From Candidatus Heimdallarchaeum endolithica (GTDB lineage Archaea; Asgardarchaeota; Heimdallarchaeia; Heimdallarchaeales; Heimdallarchaeaceae): DNA of 64,000 bases. The notes beneath the pieces were generated by a model. That model did no database searches, was not told the origin of the DNA, and saw nothing but the letters and a program-made list of their open reading frames with translations. The position numbers and the translations under genes are program-made. This document shows positions 20,629 to 30,046 of this stretch, one piece after another; the first letter of the stretch is position 1; each line of letters begins with the position of its first letter. The DNA is taken from assembly GCA_021513715.1 (NCBI GenBank), contig CP084167.1:896001-960000 (forward strand), in the 5' to 3' direction.

Positions 20629-20982
20629 TTAAAAAAAATGGAGATTATCTGAACGAAATGGCTTTCCAATAAAGACAATCCCTGCAAATAAACAAGAAGC
20701 AATTTCCAAAAGTGAGATAATTCTAAAATAGATATCACTTGCTCCTAAAGCATCTCCAAATACAAATTGGCTAGTATCTCTAAAATATGAGATATACAGA
20801 TTGAAAGCTAAAATATAGAGAAGTGTTTCACCAATAATGATTAAATCAAGTAGTAAACCTGTATTTTTTGTATCTCTTATTACACTTATAACATATGATA
20901 AGCAGCTAGTAACTAAAAAGAGATTCCTTTTCTTGCTTTGGTGCAATTTGTGTTTGAATCTTTGATTTTTCTTGAATGTCAA
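20629..20982 (-). pseudogene. possible remnant of a membrane-protein gene
   Basis: Hydrophobic C-terminal part, TTG start, broken coding-like sequence upstream. Confidence 0.3.
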
Positions 20983-21223
20983 AGTCCTTTTCTATTGATA
21001 TAAAAAACACAATAAAGGTCTTTATTAAACAATAAATTTGTTAACAATAAAAAATTTGTGGAAAAAAATGCGATTTACTAGTTCTACTCTTATGTTTCTT
21101 TTAACATACTTGAAAGTAAGATTTAGAAACAATATTTTTTGAAAAATGTGATAGTACAACTCTTTTCAGTTAATTTTATAATACAGTGTTTCTCTTTCCT
21201 TTATGCACTTTTGAGTTGATAAT

Positions 21224-22723
21224 ATGAAACTAAACCTTAACAAACTTCAAAGAAAAGAAAATGGTCAAGTTCGAATCGGTGTTCTAATAAGTGGAACAGG
21301 AATAGGAGTATTTATGGCTTCACTTGACGCTACTGTTGCAGTAATTCTACTTGAACTAATCAGAGCAGATTTCAATGTTAGCCCAAATAGAATTCAGTGG
21401 GTTGTTTTAAGCTATTTATTAGTAATGATGGCGTTTACTATTATTGCTGGAGATCTAGGTGACAAAATAAGCAATAAACATATTTTTCAATTAGGGATGT
21501 TTATTTTTGCTATAGGTTCTTTTCTTTGTTTTCTTTCGCATAGTTTAATGTTTTTAATTTTTGCTAGAGCTATTCAGTCTTTAGGAGCTACGGGGATGAT
21601 AGCTAATGGTATTGCTCTAGTTACACGTTTTACAACGAGAAATAATAGAGGAAAAGCAATGGGATTAAGTAACCTAATAATTTCTGTTTCTGTTATTTCA
21701 GGCCCTTTGCTTGGTGCTTTAATAACTCATTATTATAGTTGGAGAGTAGTCTTTCTAATTAATGTCCCTATAGGTTTAGTTGGACTGATTTGGGGACAAT
21801 TTGCAATTCCAGAGACACCTTCATTAAAAAAAGAAAAAAAAGCAGATTATATAGGATCTTTATCTTTTGCTTTGTTTTTGACTTTATTCATGTTAAGTTT
21901 AAGTTTATTTGTTGAAGAAATAGTTCCTAACTCACAAACTTATGCAATAATAAGTCTTGTTGGGAGTGTCATTTTTTTCCCAATCTTTATCTGGTGGGAA
22001 AGGAGACATAATAATCCCCTAATCGACCTAAAATTGTTAAAAAATAGAAAGATAGGTTTTGGATTAATAACAGCAGTGATGAAGCATCAAGGTTACATAA
22101 TCATACTTTATCATCTTAATATTTACCTCCAAGCAATACATATTGCAGCAAGAATAGATAATATTGAGCTTCCTTCAATAATTGTTGTAGGATTAATTAT
22201 TTCTGGTTTGCCTGTAGGAATGGCAATAATGGCTGTAATTTCAGGGTATCTTTCAGATAAAATAGATGCGCGATATTTATGTACAGCTGCTATTTTGGGC
22301 GTTGTGTTAATGCTAATTTTGTTGTTTATTTTCTTATCAGTTAATGCACCTATATGGTTCTATGTAATCGTTACCACTGTAATAGGAGTTTGTATAGGGT
22401 TATTTCAATCACCAAACATAAATTCAGTCATGTCTGCAGCACCAAAAGATAAAGTAGGGGTAATTAGTGGTCTTCATGGATTAACAACCAGTATTGGAAT
22501 AAGTTTAGGAACAGCTATTTCTACAGCAGTATTAACCTTAGGAGGAACAATCATAGCAAGTAGTAAAGGAATACAAGTGGGCAATATTGTAGACACCCCA
22601 GAAGTCTACGTTCTTGCTCTTCGTTGGATGTTCCTATTTTTTGCAGTAATAACATCTTTTGGTGCAGTTATTTCATATCTTCGGGGGCCAGAAAATAGAG
22701 ATAAGGAAGATAAGGAAAAATAG
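21224..22723 (+). CDS. MFS transporter, DHA2 (EmrB/QacA) type
   Basis: FMASLDATV, GDLGDKIS, ARAIQSLG, WRVVFLINVPIG; about 14 TMs. Confidence 0.9.
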   Translation: MKLNLNKLQRKENGQVRIGVLISGTGIGVFMASLDATVAVILLELIRADFNVSPNRIQWVVLSYLLVMMAFTIIAGDLGDKISNKHIFQLGMFIFAIGSFLCFLSHSLMFLIFARAIQSLGATGMIANGIALVTRFTTRNNRGKAMGLSNLIISVSVISGPLLGALITHYYSWRVVFLINVPIGLVGLIWGQFAIPETPSLKKEKKADYIGSLSFALFLTLFMLSLSLFVEEIVPNSQTYAIISLVGSVIFFPIFIWWERRHNNPLIDLKLLKNRKIGFGLITAVMKHQGYIIILYHLNIYLQAIHIAARIDNIELPSIIVVGLIISGLPVGMAIMAVISGYLSDKIDARYLCTAAILGVVLMLILLFIFLSVNAPIWFYVIVTTVIGVCIGLFQSPNINSVMSAAPKDKVGVISGLHGLTTSIGISLGTAISTAVLTLGGTIIASSKGIQVGNIVDTPEVYVLALRWMFLFFAVITSFGAVISYLRGPENRDKEDKEK

Positions 22724-22812
22724 TTAAAGTCGATATTTGAAAAACTTTTAAACAGTTGAAAAAAATTAATAAATATTGATAAACCAATGAAAAAATAAAT
22801 AAAAAGTGTAAT

Positions 22813-23283
22813 TTGATGAGAGGGGTATTTCTTGCTTTAGAAAAAGAGAACAAGTTTGAGTATTATTTCAAACCAGAAAAAATCATAGATGAGATAAAAT
22901 GGACAGAGTTAAAGATTCAACAATTACATGAACAAGGAATGAATAATGAATTTTTTTCTATAAGTTTTCACAATTATCAAATAGCAGGACAGTTTTTTAC
23001 TTTAAAAAATAATAAAAGCAAGAAGCATTTAATTGGTTTTTTATTAAATGAAAATACAAATCCGATATTGTATAGAAGTCTAATAAACTCTCTTATCTCA
23101 TTTGTTAATTCATTAATAATAACAAACGAAGATGCTATTTTTGAAGAAATATTAGAAGATTTAACTAAACTAATAGAAAAACAATGTACAACAATTACTG
23201 TAAATAACCACAAGAAGAAACTATGTATTGAAAACAAAAAAACACTTTATGAAACATTAAGAGAGAATTTGTGGGCTTTTTAA
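22813..23283 (+). CDS. hypothetical protein, possible longin/uDENN-like fold
   Basis: Apparent beta-beta-alpha-beta-beta-beta-alpha pattern (RGVFLA, FFSISF, IAGQFF, HLIGFLL). Confidence 0.45.
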   Translation: MMRGVFLALEKENKFEYYFKPEKIIDEIKWTELKIQQLHEQGMNNEFFSISFHNYQIAGQFFTLKNNKSKKHLIGFLLNENTNPILYRSLINSLISFVNSLIITNEDAIFEEILEDLTKLIEKQCTTITVNNHKKKLCIENKKTLYETLRENLWAF

Positions 23284-23364
23284 TTACTTCAATGATCAGT
23301 CAAGAAAGTATAGAAAAATGGATATAGGAAAAAGCTTACTAATGTGTTTAAAAAATCATTTTAT

Positions 23365-25149
23365 ATGAGTGAAAACGTTATTAAATGGAATCTGAAAGAT
23401 TTTTTTGATTCAATAGATGATCCACAAATAGAAAAAACAATATCAGAAATAGAAGAAAAACTAGATGATTTTGTAAAGAGAGCTAAAGGAAACTTACAAA
23501 AAATTGAACCTAAAAAACTAAAAGAATTTTTTAAAGAATATGAAGAAATAAATGAAAAAAGTTTCTATCTATCAGTTTATTCATATCTTGTATATTCAAC
23601 CAACTCAATTAATGAAGAAGTAAAATCATTTTATGCCAAAATAGATGAATTTACAAGCAAAGTTTCTGAAAAAACACTTTTCTTTGAACTTGAACTAAAC
23701 ACTATTTCTGATGAAGATTTTAAAAAACTGGTTGAAGCTCCTGAACTTAAAGAATATAAACACTTTTTAGAATTTAATAGGTTACAAAAACCTCACCAAC
23801 TCTCTGAAAAAGAAGAGCAGATCATTATTATGAAGGATCTTGTGGGCTCAAAGGCGTTCAATAAATTATACACTGAAATTGTCTCTAGGTTCAGTTTCCA
23901 ATTTGAATTAGATGGAGAAATAAAAACATTAACAGGACCACAGCTTATTTCCTTACTTCAACATAAAGACAGAGAAGTAAGAAAAAGAGCTTTACTTACT
24001 TATGTTGAAGCTTATAAGAACAACGAACTTGTTCTGACTCATATATATAACAACGTAATCAAGGATTTTGATCTAGAAACAAAAAAACGTAACTATGAAA
24101 AACCTGTTCAACTCAGAAATCTAGAAAATGAAGTAGAAGATGAGATAGTAGAAGCACTAGAAAAAGCTACAACAGAAAGCTACAAACCTTTAGTAGAGCG
24201 CTATTACAACCTAAAAAAGAATATTCTAGGTTACGATGATTTGCATATGTATGACATTTATGCTCCTGTAGGAAATATAAATAAAAAATATGAATACGAA
24301 GAAGCAATAGAAATAATAAAACAAGCAACAGAAAACTTTGATCCAGAGTTTAAAGAAATTGTTGAAAATATGGTCAAAAAAGGACACATAGACCTCACTC
24401 CAAGAAAAGGTAAAGAAGGAGGAGCTTATTGTCATTATGGAAAACTAAAGAATTATCCATTTGTTTTCGTAAACTATACAAAAACTATTGATTCTGTTTT
24501 AACACTAGCACATGAGCTTGGACATGCAATACACTTTTACTACACATTAAAAAACCAAAATTATGTAAATATTTTTCCAACAATACCTATGGCAGAAATA
24601 GCTTCAGTCTTCTGCGAGATAATGACTTTTGATTATCTAATTAACCAAGATCTAACAAAAGAAGAAAAAATAGCTTTACTATGTACCCATCTAGAAGGGA
24701 ATTTTGCAACATCTCACAGACAAAACGCGTTTTATAGATTCGAAAAACAAATACATGAACTAATGAGCAAGAAACTCCCAAGCACAAAAGACTATGTAGA
24801 CATTTTCACAAATGAAATGCAGCTAATGTTTGGGAATGCAGTAGAAAAAATAAAAGAAGAATATTCGCATTACGCTTTCGTAGTAAATCATTTCTTGCAC
24901 ACACCTTTCTATGTCTATGCATATAATATGTCTAATCTAATGGTAATAGCTCTATATCAACTATATCTAGAAAAAGGAAAAGAATACTTTATTCCAAGAT
25001 ACAAAAAATTACTTTCATCAGGAGGATCAACAACACCACAAGAAATGCTAAAACAATTCGATATAGACCTGAAAGACGCTGAATTCTGGAAAAAAGGATT
25101 AAAGTATTTAGAAAATAAAATAGATGAATTAGAAAAACTAATTCAATAA
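23365..25149 (+). CDS. pepF: oligoendopeptidase F (M3B)
   Basis: N-terminal WNL, RKGKEGGAYC, TLAHELGHA, AEIAS, FYVYAY. Confidence 0.92.
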   Translation: MSENVIKWNLKDFFDSIDDPQIEKTISEIEEKLDDFVKRAKGNLQKIEPKKLKEFFKEYEEINEKSFYLSVYSYLVYSTNSINEEVKSFYAKIDEFTSKVSEKTLFFELELNTISDEDFKKLVEAPELKEYKHFLEFNRLQKPHQLSEKEEQIIIMKDLVGSKAFNKLYTEIVSRFSFQFELDGEIKTLTGPQLISLLQHKDREVRKRALLTYVEAYKNNELVLTHIYNNVIKDFDLETKKRNYEKPVQLRNLENEVEDEIVEALEKATTESYKPLVERYYNLKKNILGYDDLHMYDIYAPVGNINKKYEYEEAIEIIKQATENFDPEFKEIVENMVKKGHIDLTPRKGKEGGAYCHYGKLKNYPFVFVNYTKTIDSVLTLAHELGHAIHFYYTLKNQNYVNIFPTIPMAEIASVFCEIMTFDYLINQDLTKEEKIALLCTHLEGNFATSHRQNAFYRFEKQIHELMSKKLPSTKDYVDIFTNEMQLMFGNAVEKIKEEYSHYAFVVNHFLHTPFYVYAYNMSNLMVIALYQLYLEKGKEYFIPRYKKLLSSGGSTTPQEMLKQFDIDLKDAEFWKKGLKYLENKIDELEKLIQ

Positions 25150-25515
25150 CTCACTTTTTTTATTGAAAAATCTAACTTTTGTACTATTTTTTCTTTTTAT
25201 TGCAAAGGCTTTTTTGAGTTATATTCTTCTAATAAGGGGTTCTATACAAAAAGCTACCACCTTTACGGCAGTGGAAAAAAGGTAAGCTTCCAGTGGAATA
25301 GCACTAAAAATAATACGCTTTTTAAATGCTTTTTCCAGCAAAGAACAATAATATCTAAAAGTAAATTAAAAATCATAAATGCTGTTTATTCAATTATTTT
25401 GCTTTTATCCATTTTTGACCATTTATAATAAAAAATCAAGATATATCTAAAGGGTCTAATTCTAACAAAGAAGACCTCTTTCAATAAATAATTTTGGATT
25501 TTTTCAATTTTTAAC

Positions 25516-26478
25516 TTATTCATATTTTTCCTTTTTGCTTTTCTTAATTTGCCAAAATATTCTATTATTATATTCAACACGTTTTATTTTCTCTTTTTTC
25601 TCCATTTGCAAAAGTAAATCCATAATCTCATTCTTTGATACATTAGGGAATAGTGTAAATATTTGATCCTCTCTTAATGGATGCCTTTGTGTAATTTCTA
25701 AGATTATTTTTTCTGGTGAAGAATTTTTATCTATGTTTTCTACTAATAATTGATCATAGTGAGCAATACTTTCAGCATTTAGTATTCTTAATGCTTCTTG
25801 TAGTCTTTCTGTTAGTGGAATTTTCACCCATTTCTCTGCAGGTGGTCTTATAGGGACATTAATGAATATTTTATCTGGTTGAATTTTATCAAAAATTCTT
25901 TTTAGAACTTTTAATGTATTATCATCATCATTAAGATCTTTGACAAGCATTAGTTCCAACCATAGTTGACCTGAAAAAATTTTTCTAAACTTAATCATAC
26001 CTTCTGTTATTTTATCTAAGTCAAGTTCTTTTCTAGGTCGATTAATTCTTTTAAATAGCTCTTTGTTTGGAGCATCTAAAGTAGGTAAAACAAAATCTGC
26101 TTTACTAATTTCTTTTCTCACTTCTGCTTCACATAATAAAGCTCCATTAGTAATAACTGCAATAGGTATTTGACTAATCTTCTTAAGTTCACTTATTAGT
26201 TCTCCTAATCCCTTGTATAGAGTGGGTTCACCGTCTCCCACTATTGTTATAACATCAATGTCTAATTTTTCTAGAAGAGCTCTTCTTACTTCATCAACTA
26301 TATCTAATACAGGATAGAACATCTTTCTTGTATTGGTATAATTTGTTGTTCTCCCTAATTGACAGTAAACACAGCTAAAGTTACAAGTTTTTGATGGAAT
26401 AGGGCTGATTCCCAATGAACGCCCTAATCTTCTAGAAGGAACAGGTCCGAAAACATATTTATATTCTTGCTTACTCAT
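25516..26478 (-). CDS. radical SAM protein
   Basis: FGPVPSRRLGRSLG, CNFSCVYC, GDGEPTL. Confidence 0.9.
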   Translation of the reverse strand: MSKQEYKYVFGPVPSRRLGRSLGISPIPSKTCNFSCVYCQLGRTTNYTNTRKMFYPVLDIVDEVRRALLEKLDIDVITIVGDGEPTLYKGLGELISELKKISQIPIAVITNGALLCEAEVRKEISKADFVLPTLDAPNKELFKRINRPRKELDLDKITEGMIKFRKIFSGQLWLELMLVKDLNDDDNTLKVLKRIFDKIQPDKIFINVPIRPPAEKWVKIPLTERLQEALRILNAESIAHYDQLLVENIDKNSSPEKIILEITQRHPLREDQIFTLFPNVSKNEIMDLLLQMEKKEKIKRVEYNNRIFWQIKKSKKEKYE

Positions 26479-26810
26479 TAATTATTAAATCTTAAATTTA
26501 TTAATATCTCTTTATGTATAACAAAAAACATCTTTCGCATTTTTGATTATCGAAAGGTCCTTTCAATTCCCTCTGTATTACAAATATTTACACTAGCAAT
26601 ACTTTTGAGATTTTTCTCACTTGTTTTGAATATTATTTCTCTTTTCTAAATCTTTTTTTTTATTTTTTTAATATCTGAATAAATATCAGATTATTTACAG
26701 AAAAAAAATTTTTTAATGGTCTTATTTTATTAGGAATTGGCGTTCTTTTTTGTAGTAAAAAAACAAATAAAACACTAATATTTAAAGTATCATGGAAAAA
26801 GGTTAGTTAA

Positions 26811-27344
26811 ATGACAAAAACAATTAATACTTGCAAGATTGTTATTGTTGGCGATAAAGGAGTGGGAAAAACATCACTAGTCCATAGCCTAGTCGGGAAA
26901 GAAAAAATAATTAAAATTACTCCTGGGGTGAAAATAGAAAATATGCTAGTAGATTTAGGTGAAAATATTACTGCAGACGTTGTTTTCTGGAATTTAGAAG
27001 AAGATCCTCATTTTAGATTTTTTCAACAAGATGTTCTAGAATGTCCAAATATTGTCTTATTAGTATATGATCTAAACAACTTTAGTTCTTTATTACACTT
27101 AGAAAATGAATGTTTTCCAATGTTTGAGAAAAATGACACATTAAAAAAATCTACACCGATTCTGATTGGTAATAAAATTGATCTAGGACAATCAATAAAT
27201 GATAAGGTAATAGAAGATTTTATACAAAAATATGGAATTCCATCTTTCAAAATTTCTGTTAAAGAAAAAATCAACATTGAAGAAGTAGCTAACGCAACAA
27301 TTGAGATAGTAAAGTCTTATTATAAGAAGAAAAAACAAAGTTAA
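26811..27344 (+). CDS. Ras-superfamily small GTPase with degenerate G3
   Basis: G1 GDKGVGKTS, G4 NKID, G5 SVK; WNLEED in place of WDxxG. Confidence 0.8.
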   Translation: MTKTINTCKIVIVGDKGVGKTSLVHSLVGKEKIIKITPGVKIENMLVDLGENITADVVFWNLEEDPHFRFFQQDVLECPNIVLLVYDLNNFSSLLHLENECFPMFEKNDTLKKSTPILIGNKIDLGQSINDKVIEDFIQKYGIPSFKISVKEKINIEEVANATIEIVKSYYKKKKQS

Positions 27345-27598
27345 CTAATTGATTTATTGTCAAACATTGTTTAGTCATTCATTTCATATTTTATAGCAAT
27401 ATTGATTTTTATTTGAGTATTTTTCTGTATAGGATCATAGTTTCCTTGAGCCATTGCTATAATAAATTATAGAGAAATAGTTTATTCAATAATAATAGTT
27501 TGTTCATCAGCACCTTTCTTTTCAATTTCACATATTTTTTTAACTATAGTAAAGATGAATGTCTAAAAAAAAATTTGGGACAAATTAAAAGAAAGTAA

Positions 27599-27869
27599 CT
27601 ATTTTGGATATTTTTTCTTGTTTTTTTGTAATTTATTTATTATAGCTTCTTCTAAATTTATTCCTAGGATTTCAGAAAGAGCGAATAAATATATTGCCAC
27701 ATCTGCAAGCTCGTCAGATAAATTATTCTTATATTGCTCACTAGTTAATTCGTTAAATATTTCTTCATCTGTTTTCCACTGAAAAAGCTCAAAAAGTTCT
27801 GCTAACTCTATTGAAATAGATAAAGACAGATTCTTTGGTGTGTGATATTTTTTCCAATCTCTCTCGTCT
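27599..27869 (-). pseudogene. MazG-like nucleotide pyrophosphohydrolase, 3' part (interrupted by IS)
   Basis: DERDWKKYHTPKNL, EXXE (ELAE), DELAD, KKKYP. Confidence 0.85.
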
Positions 27870-28070
27870 GTGACTTCTCCCACCTCTGAAGAGGGTGGGC
27901 TTCTCGATTTATGTTGGACATACATTTGTTGACCTCCATATCGACGGTACAGCCACTGCACCAATACTCTTCGACAAGTTGTTGTCTTGGAGATACTTTT
28001 TCAGGATGTTTCGTGCCCCGTTCTGGTCTGCGTTCAATGTTGTATTACAGTTTTTGCAGACGTATAGGCC
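27870..28070 (-). ncRNA. predicted TnpB omega/reRNA scaffold (5' boundary approximate)
   Basis: By analogy with characterised IS200/IS605 elements it overlaps the tnpB 3' end and right-end hairpin; the guide would come from the flank below 27870. Confidence 0.5.
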
Positions 28071-29120
28071 ACGGTGTTTCCTATTGCTTTTACGTTTTGT
28101 TCCACACACACTACAAGTTTGGCTTGTATATTGTTCGCTCACCTTTTCTACCCGTATGCCAGACAACCGTGCCTTATGGGTTATCTGTTTGGTGAGTTTG
28201 TTGAACGACCAACTGTGTAGTTTCTGTCCAGATTTCTTGTTCCAATGTTTTCCTTTCCTGATGTTCTTTATGTCTCCTATCACTATTGTTCCAACCTTGT
28301 TCTTTTTTGCCTCCTCCACCACACTCTTTGATGTAGTATGGAGTATCTGGTTTACCTGTTGCTTCTTCTTTCTATGCATCCGCCCTATCGCTTTACTGGT
28401 TTTCTTTCCGTGTTGTTCCATCGTTGCTCGTTGAACACGTGCTATTTCCTTATTGAAATAGTGTTGGACTGCCAATGCTTGTCCACCACTATATATCGTG
28501 GAGTTCCCATTGGTATCAACGGTTGTTGCGAGATTAACTATACCCAAGTCCACCCCCATAATTCCATCATCGCTTGTATAAGGTGGCTCTTCTACTTCAT
28601 ATACAACATGAACCATCCATTTCCCATCTCGACATAGGATGGTTGCCATCTTCGCTATACCTTCTATCTCCCTCCATAGTGTTAGTTTGAACTGGAGTTT
28701 CTTTATGCCTGTCTCTTTACGATATTTTCTACTCATACTGAACCTTATAGTGTCACCATCCAGTTTGAATTGTTGGTAGAATATCAATGGCGACAACTTT
28801 TCCTTGGGTCTGAACCCCGGGGGGTGTGCTTTATCATCGGTTTTACGCAGTCTATACCAACTATTATATGCTTCTTGAAGTTCCTTACAAACTCGTTGAG
28901 CCGTCTGGCTTGGTAACAGTTGATACCAATGGTTCTTCCGCAGTAACTTTTTCTGTTCATACCAACTTGGTATCTCCCCTGTCTCCTTCCATGCCTTCCT
29001 CCGCTTATAATTATCTGTGTTATACAACTTGGTAGCATAAAACCCCAAATCACATAGTGTTGTTTCTTGTTTGGGTGTTGGATATATTCGATACTTGATA
29101 CACTGCTTCAAATATATCAC
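27909..29120 (-). CDS. tnpB: TnpB RNA-guided endonuclease
   Basis: YRIYPT N-terminus, RuvC GVDLG / VIGD / NADQNGARNI, Zn finger CSVC...CKNC. Confidence 0.95.
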   Translation of the reverse strand: MIYLKQCIKYRIYPTPKQETTLCDLGFYATKLYNTDNYKRRKAWKETGEIPSWYEQKKLLRKNHWYQLLPSQTAQRVCKELQEAYNSWYRLRKTDDKAHPPGFRPKEKLSPLIFYQQFKLDGDTIRFSMSRKYRKETGIKKLQFKLTLWREIEGIAKMATILCRDGKWMVHVVYEVEEPPYTSDDGIMGVDLGIVNLATTVDTNGNSTIYSGGQALAVQHYFNKEIARVQRATMEQHGKKTSKAIGRMHRKKKQQVNQILHTTSKSVVEEAKKNKVGTIVIGDIKNIRKGKHWNKKSGQKLHSWSFNKLTKQITHKARLSGIRVEKVSEQYTSQTCSVCGTKRKSNRKHRGLYVCKNCNTTLNADQNGARNILKKYLQDNNLSKSIGAVAVPSIWRSTNVCPT

Positions 29121-29888
29121 ACTCCCTTCTGTTCTTCAATATATTTCTGAATGGTCTTATCCAATACGTGACCGTGAGTTGATATAAAATATCTCCATGT
29201 CCATAGTGTTGGCAATCGTGTAGTCAGTTCTTTGAACTCTCTACGAAGTTCGTGTGAAGTATAGCCCTTTATCTTGCCAATTATCTTATTCGGCGTTAAT
29301 TCAGGGTCGCCCTGTATGAATAGATGAACATGGTCTGGCATAACCTCCAATGTAATAACCTTGCAACCCATCATCTCTGCTCTCTCATATACCAATTCTT
29401 TCAACCTATCTGCCACATCTCCAACCAATACCTTCCTACGATATTTAGGGCACCATACAAAATGGTATCCTATGAAATGGACGTTTGTGAGGTTCGCATC
29501 ATATCCCGATGAGTCGAAATTTTAATTAATTTCTTCAGGACTCTACCCAATCAGTCAACAAATATGTCGTAATTTTGAAGACTGGTTTAAGAGAACATGA
29601 AAGACACAGTCTTAATTTAGTTCTCTAATGGGTTCATCTCCTGATCCAGGGCACTCATAATTCCCACAGGGAAGACCGGGTGTCGTAGGAATGAAACCTA
29701 CGTCTTTAAGCATCTAGCTCAAGACAAATAATCAATGAGAATTGAGTATATTAAGATCACTGAAAAGTTGTGACGCTCACCAATATCTTGCATTCTTTAT
29801 TATTGAAATGTGATTCTGATTGTTATTGGTTTAATAACTCCTCTAACTAAAAATTTAGCTTTTTACGTAAAAAAGAATTCTATGGCAT
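29117..29888 (-). pseudogene. tnpA: Y1 transposase TnpA interrupted at codons 2-3 by an insert
   Basis: YHFVWCPKYRR, HUH (DHVH), YIEEQ; no ATG/GTG/TTG start upstream of the conserved N-terminus unless ATG CCA TA (29888-29881) is joined to T GAT GCG (29501 downward). Confidence 0.75.
29505..29880. mobile_element. 376-bp ORF-less structured insert nested in tnpA, flanked by TAT direct repeat
   Basis: TAT at 29502-29504 and 29881-29883; removal restores MPYDANLTNVHFIGYH...; multiple hairpins; no TIR. Confidence 0.6.
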
Positions 29889-29912
29889 ATTATAGTATAT
29901 GGTTCCCACCCC

Positions 29913-29918
29913 ATATAA
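29913..29918 (-). promoter_or_regulatory. putative TATA box for leaderless tnpA
   Basis: TTATAT 24 nt upstream of the restored ATG at 29888. Confidence 0.45.
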
Positions 29919-29976
29919 GTGGTTCTATCTCGCTCTCATCCCACGACTAAAGCCGTGGGGTTTCCCGCTCTCGTCT

Positions 29977-30020
29977 CTAAATTCCACGATTATTTTAGTC
30001 AACTCTTCAATATTTGTCAA
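29977..30020 (-). pseudogene. MazG-like gene, 5' part
   Basis: TTG-start MTNIEELTKIIVEF-AG; joining to 27869 restores EFRDERDW and a 104-aa ORF. Confidence 0.8.
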
Positions 30021-30046
30021 TTTAATCAAAATAAAAAAGAGAAGGG

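Larger units (their letters stand above)
27870..29976 (-). mobile_element. IS200/IS605-family element (tnpA + tnpB)
   Basis: Left-end hairpin CCCACGGCTTTAGTCGTGGG (29959-29940) and right-end hairpin (27899-27879) followed by terminal TCAC; preceded by TTTAG; visibly GC-richer than flanks; removal restores the MazG gene. Confidence 0.92.

Noticed and set aside
25386-25580. 64-aa ORF after the radical SAM gene
   Set aside because: Overlaps the real gene end; low-complexity AT-rich sequence
27345-27560. Coding-like sequence on the minus strand
   Set aside because: Multiple stops and no identifiable family; at most a relic
27895-29053. Alternative ORFs overlapping tnpB (179, 99, 94, 89, 69 aa)
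   Set aside because: Shadow frames in the GC-richer IS; no recognisable motifs
27909-29120. TnpB inactive because RuvC-II reads IGD rather than E
   Set aside because: The GD variant is common in TnpB and the other RuvC and Zn motifs are intact; activity cannot be called from sequence
29495-29890. Bulge-helix-bulge or group I/II intron interpretation of the tnpA insert
   Set aside because: A partial BHB-like pairing exists, but cutting there would yield ATG CCA TAG (stop). There are no GTGCG...AY ends, and no junction gives both a 5'-exon U and a terminal G
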